Positions 54,049 to 64,000 of a DNA stretch of 64,000 bases are shown piece after piece. Where the stretch lies: the NCBI GenBank assembly GCA_030704615.1, contig CM060733.1, positions 20,522,001 through 20,586,000 on the forward strand, read 5' to 3'. Every line of letters starts with the position of its first letter. Position 1 is the first letter of the stretch. The stretch comes from Takakia lepidozioides (lineage: Eukaryota > Plantae > Bryophyta). The notes under the pieces are model-generated. The model had not been told where the DNA came from. It saw only the letters and a program-made list of their open reading frames with translations, and did no database searches. Both the position numbers and the translations under genes were made by a program.

Positions 54049-56094
54049 GAAATGAAATAGGGTTTGGTTGTTTGTTTCTCCCTTGGCACCTAAGGTGATA
54101 TTAGTTGTCCTCCGCATACATATCCAGCACACCAGAAAGAGAAGAAAGCTCTTTGAACTTACTTGAAGCATCTTGTATTTCCGAGGGTGCAGCATCATTC
54201 ATACTCAGGATGGACACGGTTGCCTTACCAAATGTGTCAGCTCTGCTGCTGCCTCTTCCTTGGCCTCTTCCTGTCCACCCAACCATGACACGTACCATGA
54301 AAAACTCACTTGACATTTCTATCCCACTCTTCTTATTGAGTAAACCAGAAACAATAGACAATCATGTAGCCAAGTGCTACGCGATGAACAGCTGTAGAAT
54401 CTAACAAGCGAGGACTGGGATAAAAACAGAGATAAGAATGCGTACGTTGCCAATCCCTCTGTAGGTATACTAAACATGGCAACTACCTCATAACGATACC
54501 TCAACCTGCATATAGGCTGATTTGACCAGGTTTCTTTGTAAGTCATGCGCTATACCTCTGGTGGTATACTAAACAGGGCTACTGTCTCATGACGATACCT
54601 CCGCATAAATATAGATTAATTTGGCCAACTTTTCTTGTAAAATGAAATACTATACCTCTGTAGATATATCAAACAGGGCTACAACCTAATGACGATACCT
54701 CTACTAGTATATATGTGTAGAATATATCTCTCCTTTAGGGTACGCGACTCATGTCGTGACTTAGGCCTTACCACAAGCAAAGGATGGACGGGCAGCAGGA
54801 ATAGACGGGCCAGCATGTATATTCATCTTATACTCTCGTATGTATATGTGTATATGATACATATATATATACATATATATGATAATATATTATATATATT
54901 ATATACATATATATGATAATATATTATATATATTATATACAAAACTGCTTTAAAAATTATAGATTACAATTCAATTGAATTGCAAATTAGGGTTAGTTCA
55001 ATTGAATTGGCATCGCAATTCAATTGAATTGGCATCTGATCAAGTGAATTGTGCTGCATTTCACATCAAGGCCTATTTGGAATTCCCTAAAAGGCCTTGA
55101 TGTGAAATGCAGCGCAATTCACTTGATCAGTTGCCAATTCACTTGAATTGCGATGCCAATTCAATTGAACTAACCCTAATTTGCAATTCAATTGAATTGC
55201 TGACTGCAATTCAATTGAATTGTAATCTATAATTTTTAACGCAGTTTTGTATATAATATATATAATATATTATCATGTGTATGTATATGTATATGTATCG
55301 TATACACATATACATACGAGAGTATAAGATAAATATACATGTTGGCCCGTCTATTCCTGCTGCCCGTCCATCCTTTGCTTGTGGTAAGGCCTAAGTCACG
55401 ACATGAGTCGCGTACCCTAAAGGAGAGATATATACTAGAGAGAGAGCGAGAGGGGAAATGGAGAGAGAAATGAAGTGATGAAGGGTTTTTAGGGTAGAGG
55501 TGCCCTAAAAGTGAAAGGATCAAATCAGTTGGAGGACGAGAAGTAACGAGAGAAGAATGCAACAACAAGTTTAGGGTTGAGCGGTGGTGGAGCGGTGGTG
55601 GCGCTATGTATGATGGAAGCCTTCTTGGATCACCAAATGACAAGATCTGCCCATGAGTAAGCACATTCCCATATTGGCATGAGTTTCCCCAATCATTGAT
55701 AAAGATATCATTTTAGCTAAAGCTGTAGTTCTTGTGTACGTGCAGGTGACTCATGAGTTTTGAGGAGAGAACTTTAGGGGTAGTAGAGTGGGTTATCAAA
55801 CGCTCCTCAACACACACACTGAAAGAAAGAGCTTGATCACATGGTTTGTCTTCAACCTGCCCACACTGTGTACTGTGGTTGCTAATACATTTTAGGATAG
55901 AGTAGTTGTTGTTTCAAAGTACATTTGGTTCATCTACTTGATAGCCTATGTGAACTTTAGTGACGTAAGTCCTATGGGGAGTGTGTGAGTGGATGCAGTG
56001 ACTACAGAATTAACAGCAAACAATTACAACAAGGGCAAGGTCGAAGGCATTGGCACTGGGGCTATTAAGCAGAGATAAGACAGATCATGTGAGC

Positions 56095-57787
56095 ATGGAA
56101 AACAACCATTTGGATGGTGACAAAGTAGTGGATGATTTAGTACTTTATGTGGAAGCAATGTTGAATGAGGGTGCCACAATGAAATCAATCGTCACTGCCC
56201 TTTCTTTTGATGATGTACGACCATTGAGAAGATTGCTATCAGAAGTCCAAGGGTCTCCTTTCAAAGTTCATCATCAATTGAGTGTCCAACGCTTGTGTGA
56301 AAAGATTCAAGAGTTACTTCCTCTTGAAGAGAATGGGACAAATTGGGGAATGAGAACAGTGCAATCTGCCTTAAGGAGATCAAATTGGCGGATTCCTCGA
56401 AGGAAGGTGGGGGAAACTTTGAAAATCATCTCACCCTACCATTATGAGCGTAGGAGAAGGGCACAGGCAATTCGGAGGACTCAGTATAATGTAACAATGC
56501 CTATGGCTCTATGACACATTGACTGTAAGTATTTTATCTCATGCATCTTAATGTTCTTTGAAGATGCACATGCAAGACGTTTTCTTGCATTACATATCGC
56601 ACAAAATTGTAGGCAAACTAAAACATGTGTGCAATTCGTGGTGCAGCTTATGACAAATTGGTTATGTTTGGTCTTCGAGTACATGCTGGCATTGATGGGG
56701 CCTCTCATTTTGTTTTATGGGCGAACGTTGCAAGAAACAAGAAAGAAAAAACCATTTTCAAAGGATATCACGATGCAGTTTCCAAGTTTGGAGCACCTTT
56801 ACGAATTCGATCTGATTTTGCAGTAGAGCACTCTCTTATAAAACAACACATTGAAGCCACACGTTCTGAAACACCCAATCCGTACTTGACTGGGTCTTCT
56901 ACACACAATCAAGTTAGTGTTCTATACAATTCTATCTTGCATATCAACTTTACGTTTCTGTCATATTTCTTGGTTCATCTTTATTAATCATTGAGTGTGT
57001 AATGTTGTGCATATTCCTAATACTTTGTGTGGTGTAATCACCACGTTAGAGGATTGAACACTTTTGGCGGCATCTATGGGAGAAGGTAATGTTTTACTAC
57101 AAAAATTGCTTCCAAGCAATGGTCAATGATGGATTATTGGATATGGACATTCCGTGGCAACGAGAATCTTTTATTGACATATATATGCCCATACTACAAG
57201 AAGCTGTTGATGAATACGTGAAGATTTGGAATGGACATCGAGTTCGCACGATTAATGAAAACGGTCGATATCGTCGATCACATGTTCCTGCTCGTTTCTT
57301 TCGTGAGTATGAACGTTTGCATGGGTAAGCTCATGGTTTTCTCTTGTTTGTACTTTCATTGTTAAGCTACAATTTACATTGGAATGTTATTCTAATGTGG
57401 TGATGTGTTTGATCATGTAGATGGACCAGCCACCTTATTGATGACCCACGATTCAGGGAAGACCCCCGACACATTGGTAACCAAGACTTGGGGCCTCGTG
57501 GGAATCAAAGGTGGCGATGTGCAGGTGGTTTGCATGACCTTCCTACCAAAGGAGCTGAACTCATTCCTGACATGGTTCGTGTCCGTGCACAAGCTTATGA
57601 AATTGGAAAGGTTGGGAATGATTCGATCTCCTGTTTTCATCTCCACTACTACATGTCTCGGTATTGTGGTTTGGCAACGCATGAACATAGATATTTTGAT
57701 CAATTGGACCTCATTGGTAATACCGTGTTAAGTAGGGAAGCTCTCCAACTTTTAATTACACAAGCTCTTGTATGTAATTGTGATTAA
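56095..57787 (+). pseudogene. IS3EU-like DDE/integrase-core transposase, 4 exons, one premature stop
   Basis: Introns 56525-56646, 56913-57049 and 57325-57420 (all GT-AG) join to give NWGMRTVQSAL...IRRTQYNVTMPMAL*HIDSYDKLVMFGLRVHAGIDGASHFVLW...PLRIRSDFAVEH...TGSSTHNQRIEHFWRHL...VKIWNGHRVR. The TGA at 56512-56514 replaces the conserved W of WHID. Confidence 0.85.
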
Positions 57788-59270
57788 CTGAATAAGTGGG
57801 ACAATCACATTCAAAGATAATTATTTTATGTCACGTACTTTGAGGATTTCTGTTAAATAAATGTCATCATCATATCCATTGTCCATATTGAACCATACAC
57901 CCTAAACATCAAACCATACTACTTGGGGGCAGGGCCTGGGTTGTACGATCTCTGGAGGGTTGTGAAATTGTTGGGTTTCATTGGGAAGTGCACAGCGTGA
58001 GGCTCATGAGGCCGCCTTTTATCTCCAACAATCTTTGTCTGCCCCACATATGAGACAATGATGACCAACTTGCCTCATTTTTAAGAACCCTCTATTCATA
58101 ATCTAAGAATTTTGCATACAGTAATAAAAATCCTAAGTCAGACAAGATTGAGAGATTGAAGTAGAACCTTGATGTCTTTGACTTTGAGTTGACCGACGAT
58201 GATATCAAGCCCTTGACAAAAGCCTGCGCACCAACGACCCTCAGAAATTTTTGTGTATCAATCTCTTCTGAGGATGAGTTTGACTGGTGGGTGTTGCTTA
58301 CAATCTAAATATGTTAGCATGTTTCATCTGCACCTTGAGACACTAACCAATTTCATATTGCCAAGCCCTTATAGTGCCAATATATGGCTATGTACATATA
58401 CCAAACATGATACCACTGTAAGAGTATCAACGTCTAAGAGTTGATATATTAAACTCTCTATCGAACACACAGCCCAATTGCAACATGATACCTTTGTAAG
58501 GGTATCGAAACAAGATTATTGGAGATAATTCTCGAAATGAACATGTCTTTTGTTTTCTCTGGGGTTGTGTCATGGGGGCCAGATACTAGTGCCAGGGGAG
58601 TACATGATGATGCAGGGGAAGCCATTCATCAATTGTGAGGTTTGAAATTGTCTGATTCTTTCAGAGCTAGCCATATTTCTTTTGCCAGTGAATCAGAGGA
58701 AGCTGAAGCACTTCTGAGTAAGCCATCTGTCTCCCAAAGGGTTCCCTTAAAAAATGAGATGGAGCTAGCCCTGGCATGCACATCAAACCCATTTAGCTCA
58801 CAAGCAGTTTAAGGAGGTTTGCATAAACATTTGGCCAAGGTTTGAGGGCTTTGCCTCATTCCAACAACAGTATTTACCAAAGCACATAACGTGCTTGTAA
58901 TAACACTCGGGCTGCATGTGGGGTTCATGGGATGCTGAATGGAAGTTGAGGAATTTGAAAGGCTGGAGTGGGAATCGAGAGCATGAATGCTGGGTTCTGC
59001 AATAGTGATGAGATTATGGTTGTAGTGCAACGTTGTAGTGGGTTTGTTATTGGCAGCCCAACACTTGCAAGCCACATGCCCACTCCTATGAAGGTGTGAC
59101 TGGTGATCTAGTGACCAGTCACTTAGTCAAACCAGCGATACGCAGGCAGTGGGTAGAGTGGTGGATGAGCAGCACATGGAGAGAGGTGTGTACATGGAAG
59201 ATCAATGTCAAGTCCATATCAGCCCCTATGCCAAGTTATATTGCTTCCCCTTGTGCTCAATACCTCTACA

Positions 59271-60652
59271 GAGCGTGACTACAAACGTTGAAGGGCCAAG
59301 CAGAATTTCTTGTCATTACCACCATGGTGGTTTGAGTTATTTCACTGTATAACTTGTCCCAGTATAATTGTTTCTGAGACCTAACAAGCTGATTGATATC
59401 TTTACGGAGCTGGTAGTACCTCGCCCACAATTCTCTGTTGGTTTCCAAATTGTAGCACTGTTTATAGAGGGCTCCTGTCTCAGCTATCTTGAGTTTAATC
59501 TCATTAGTCCACCAACTAACTGCTCTACCGCAGACAATTAGTTTCCTCCCAATGATCTTGTCAGCCACGGAGGAAACGAAACTCTCCCAAGAGTCCACTG
59601 CTCTTTCGACTTCATTTATTGCGTTAACAGAGCGTGACTGAAGTTCTTGGAGCGATTGGACAAAATGAGGGAGAGCCTCTTGCAAGGCCTGGACGTACTC
59701 AGCCTTGACCTCCTCATTGTGGAATTTTTCTATGCGCCACTTCCGAATCGAACGTTTCACAGATCTCTTGGTGGTGGGAAAACACCTTTTGATGTCAGTC
59801 CAAACCAGCAAGTGGTCAGAGGTACCAATATCAGTTCTGTCGATCAACACATCGGCACACTGGGGGAACAAAATTTTGTCCATTATGATATAGTCCACAA
59901 TGGAACGTTCCCCAGTTTGGGGTTTTTCACGAGTCCACTGCACTTGGTCACCTCTTGTCCTGTTATTCAAGGTCAAAAGCTGAAGCTCTTCTAGACAGTT
60001 AATTAACCGTCTGCCATTAGAATTCAGCTCGTCCTCACCAAAAGGTCCAATGATATCGTCCTGATGGATCCCTTTGCCCACCCAGGCATTGAAGTCCCCC
60101 AATAGTACCACCTGACCTTTGGCAAGGAACGAAGCACAGTCCAGCTTCAAAACTTGTGAGGCCTTGTCTGCGTCAGCACACAGGGTCCCCTCTGTGGGCA
60201 TGTAAACACAACGGACAAAGAGGTCCAGCAGAGTACTCATGCCGCCCTTCAAATTCAGTTTTAGCCAGATACTATGCTCGTACCTCAAACCCTTGTTGAT
60301 AATTTCACAATTGTCAAACAAGAAATCACGGACGAACTTATTTGAGATTGAATTGATGCGGGACTCTATTAGAAGCACTTTTGGTCATTGCAACCTTCAA
60401 CGTACCCCTGTTATCAAGTCTCGAGATGGTACCATTAACCATGAAATCCAAGCCTAAGGTAGAGCATGTAGTTTTAAAGGACACATCGTCCATCCTGGGA
60501 TTCACCCCAAAAACTACACATGAAGCCCTAGATTTGGCATAAGTAACCAATTCCCAGGGATCACCCTGAGGAGTGTTGATGTTGATAGGAGCTAAATTTT
60601 TCATTGTTTTCGCAGGCCATAAGTTTAAGCACAGGAACCAACCCGAGCCCAA
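59271..60652 (-). mobile_element. LINE fragment (APE endonuclease domain plus upstream ORF1-like remnant) carried inside unit B; 5' part also in unit A at 53195-53671
   Basis: CVYMP, VLLGDFNAWVG, NSNGRRL, WTR...SIVDYI and SDHLLVW are EEP/APE motifs. Truncated before the RT domain. Confidence 0.85.
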
Positions 60653-60974
60653 GTGCCGAGTATGCTAGACAGAGCATACGACTGCCCAATTTGGGCGGAG
60701 GGGCTGCCCCCAAGCGGTAGGAGTCCGCTTGTTACCATTCAGAGATCACACTCCAGGGAGTTACAGGGAATGGCCCGTGTAGGCATATTCTAAAGATGGA
60801 AAAGCCCCAAGCTTTCCAACTAAATCCAATGCACTACCTTACCTGAAGCAAAACGCTTAAGGTCGAAACAAACAAGGACACGAGGTCAGAAGGCCGGCAT
60901 TTAGTGACAGAGACATTAATGTACTCCCGTTTCAAGTCCACCCAATGTCAATAGGCTTCCTAGAGGACAGGGAG

Positions 60975-61024
<50 letters not shown>

Positions 61025-62075
61025 GAAATGAAATAGGGTTTGGTTGTTTGTTTCTCCCTTGGCACCTAAGGTGATATTAGTTGTCCTCCGCATACATATC
61101 CAGCACACCAGAAAGAGAAGAAAGCTCTTTGAACTTACTTGAAGCATCTTGTATTTCCGAGGGTGCAGCATCATTCATACTCAGGATGGACACGGTTGCC
61201 TTACCAAATGTGTCAGCTCTGCTGTTGCCTCTTCCTTGGCCTCTTCCTGTCCACCCAACCATGACACGTACCATGAAAAACTCACTTGACATTTCTATCC
61301 CACTCTTCTTATTGAGTAAACCAGAAACAATAGACAATCATGTAGCCAAGTGCTACGCGATGAACATCTGTAGAATCTAACAAGCGAGGACTGGATAAAA
61401 ACAGAGATAAGAATGCGTACGTTGCCAATCCCTCTGTAGGTATACTAAACAGGGCAACTACCTCATAACGATACCTCAACCTGCATATAGGCTGATTTGA
61501 CCAGGTTTCTTTGTAAGTCATGCGATATACCTCTGGTGGTATACTAAACAGGGCTACTGTCTCATGACGATACCTCCGCATAAATATAGATTAATTTGGC
61601 CAACTTTTCTTGTAAAATGAAATACTATACCTCTGTAGATATATCAAACAGGGCTACAACCTAATGACGATACCTCTACTAATATATATGTGTAGTATAT
61701 ATCTCTCCTTTAGGCTACGCGACTCATGTCGTGACTTAGGCCTTACCACAAGCAAAGGATGGACGGGCAGCAGGAATAGACGGGCCAGCATGTATATTCA
61801 GCTTATACTCTCGTATGTATATGTGTATACGATACATATACATATACATATACATGATAATATATTATATATATTATATACAAAACTGCGTTAAAAATTA
61901 TAGATTACAATTCAATTGAATTGCAGTCAGCAATTCAATTGAATCACCAGTTGGCAATTCAATTGAATTGCAAATTAGGGTTAGTTCAATTGAATTGGCA
62001 TCTGATCAAGTGAATTGGCATCTGATCAAGTGAATTGCGCTGCATTTCACATCAAGGCCTTTTTGGAATTCCCTA

Positions 62076-62255
62076 GATCACCCCCTAAAAGTGTGCAATT
62101 CAATTGAATTGCCAATTCGCAATTCAATTGAATCGTGTGCCGACAATTCAATTGAATTGCAAATTAGGGTTAGTTCAATTGAATTGCGCACTTTTAGGGG
62201 GGTGATCAAGTGAATTGCGATGCATTTCACATCAAGGCCTTTTTGGAATTCCCTA
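62076..62255. mobile_element. Unit C: MITE-sized family member lacking the first ~48 bp of its left TIR
   Basis: gatcaccccctaaaagtgtgcaattcaattgaa is inverted relative to ttcaattgaattgcgcacttttaggggggtgatc, which is followed by a complete right end. Confidence 0.8.
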
Positions 62256-62408
62256 GAGAGGCCTTCTTCCAGCGCCATTATGCGAGCCTATGGAGTCCTC
62301 AGGTAAAGCGGATAAAGTAGCAGTATGTGTAGAGCTCGTGTGCTGCGAGAAGAGTGCTAGACCTAGGTATGCAAGGAAAAGCAGGTTGAGTGAGCCAAAA
62401 TACGCCAT
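62256..62408 (-). pseudogene. EXL: EXORDIUM-like gene, 5' portion with signal peptide
   Basis: MAYFGSLNLLFLAYLGLALFSQHTSS...GAGRRPL continues in frame, through the TSD codons P-L, into FHRPGPPQ...LSTLVIPDPLILPYHNG at 50037 downward. Confidence 0.85.
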
Positions 62409-64000
62409 TCTTCTCTGCCCTATGTACTGGTATGGCAAGTGAAGAGAAAGCGGAACGGGATATCTGATGTGTGTGAAAAGAAACTATGTCTGCATGAATA
62501 ATTATAATGTCTGCATGAAGCTATGGCCCAACGAACACTTGACAGACCAAGACAGGGAGAGGGAGATAGAACTCGATAGTGGTTCAATGGAACTGGCACT
62601 GAAGTTTTGAGGGGATTAAAAGGGATTTACTGTTTCGTCCGGAGACACAGTTGAACATTCTTCATACCCAAATGCCATGCGAGAAGAGAGAGAGAGAGAG
62701 AGAGAGAGATGGTAGTTAAGGTCTCAATCATGTGGAAGAGAAAGAGAATGTGCGGGAAAAGAAGGGGGGACAAAGTGCAGGTCTGAAGACCAAGAAAGCC
62801 AGGGAGAGACGGAGCGTTACTGGCGTGTGATATGGGAGCAGGCAATCGAAGGTCATCAACTACCACAGCCTGTCACAAGACTGGAGTAGAGAATTGCTAA
62901 ACCAGATTAAGCGCTGGTAATATGGCCTATCTCGATCCAACTAAAACTAAATGTTTGTTCGTAAGCTTGTAGCTTCTACGAAAAACAATAGCCACACTCC
63001 AGGTGTTACACGGTGGCGGCTAGACTGGATCCTTTGGACTTCTGTCAGTAAGCATCCAGCACATTGGAAGAACAAGGAAAGCGAGAACTGCTAACTTAAT
63101 CCTGTTACCCTAGCTTGGGTCTGCCTTTTTGAGAAACTAATATGTAAACATGGCAGCACCAACAGAACCCCTATCTTCCAACACTGCGAGGTCAGAAGTT
63201 GCTATGAAAAAAACAGAAGAACCCCATCGAGCATTTTAACTCCACTAGTTCTAAAAACACAGGTTCATGACGAGCTGCAGACTTTGTTATACAACTCCCG
63301 AGGATGCTGGACAATCTGTGAGCCCTAATTATCCCACCGGTGGCTTGATGTGTTTTCTGTAATGCTGCAACGGAGGAGAGAATGATGCTGTTTGTGGGGG
63401 CGTTTGATTGAGCGGAGCTAGAAAGGACTCATGGGTTCCCCGGTTGATGAGGTTATTCGGTTTGGCTCCTACAACAAGTTTGCAGGTATGAAGATTGGTT
63501 TATCTATGAGCTGTTACTGACATCCATTGGGAGGACAATGGTGTCTCTTTGAACCCCTGACCTCAGCATCATTACCTTTCTTTCTTTGAGTCAGGCCGAA
63601 ATCGCTGAGTTCAACTATGGAGATCACAAAACGTCACCTCTGTCCACTCGGTTTCTTTCTTGTTCTTATAATCTGTTTTTCGCTTTCGCTATTCGTCAAG
63701 TCCTAGCTTGACAAGGGTTGTCGAAGGTTGGCCGTGTTTGTATGACTTGTATGTATGTGCAGGGATTAACGGTAATAAGGAGAACATGGGCAGAGAGAAG
63801 ATCTAACGACCGATAATAATTTTCGTAGCTTCACTGCGGACCTTGGACCCTTGGATGGAGAGAGATTTCTCTTATATTGCAGATTGTATCACTTCAACTC
63901 GAGTTGCCTCTAACGCTTCAATAGCGGTACTGGCAGGGATGATTTCTCTAGAATTGAGATATCCTAACGAGAACAACTGGCAGCACTTTCGGGGCGTGTC

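Larger units (their letters stand above)
50044..55089 (+). mobile_element. Unit A: non-autonomous element with ~340-370-bp TIRs, transposase deleted
   Basis: TIRs at ~50044-50380 and ~54718-55089 are rich in the palindrome caattcaattgaattg. Near-identical to unit B apart from large indels. Confidence 0.9.
55090..62075 (+). mobile_element. Unit B: transposase-bearing element whose left TIR lacks its first ~13 bp
   Basis: Starts aaaggccttgatgtgaaatgc directly after unit A. Right TIR at ~61693-62075 ends ggaattcccta. Confidence 0.88.
50044..62255. mobile_element. Composite of three related IS3EU-like TIR elements bounded by one 6-bp TSD
   Basis: Begins tagggaattcc (50044) and ends ggaattcccta (62255). 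TSD gagagg at 50038-50043 and 62256-62261. Internal right ends at 55089 and 62075. Confidence 0.92.

Noticed and set aside
62500-64000. Possible gene at the window end
   Set aside because: No sustained ORF or recognisable motif beyond a (GA)n tract.

Overview
Intron-containing, GC-balanced nuclear DNA of a land plant, probably a non-seed lineage (bryophyte or lycophyte; inferred from gene and TE types). Host genes: mitochondrial-type 4'-phosphopantetheinyl transferase (~3.3-6.1 kb), MS2/FAR-type fatty acyl reductase (11.0-16.1 kb), a single-exon trihelix/Myb-SANT protein (18.7-19.9 kb, minus) and a nitronate monooxygenase/FabK-family flavoprotein (42.8-45.7 kb). There is also a PPR fragment, an F-box pseudogene and a split EXORDIUM/Phi-1 gene. 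Two transposon complexes dominate. (1) 23-39 kb: a piggyBac-like TTAA element, a Sola-like AATT MITE and a 13.7-kb Ulp1-carrying MULE (9-bp TSD) into which a Galadriel-like chromovirus LTR retrotransposon inserted. (2) 50,044-62,255: a 12.2-kb chain of three related TIR elements with TAGGGAATTCC ends, bounded by one perfect 6-bp TSD inside the EXORDIUM coding sequence. It encodes a spliced IS3EU-like DDE transposase and carries a LINE fragment and a captured ITPK exon. The second complex is the most novel-looking system: an IS3EU-like family in a plant that appears to insert into its own left TIR and move as a composite.
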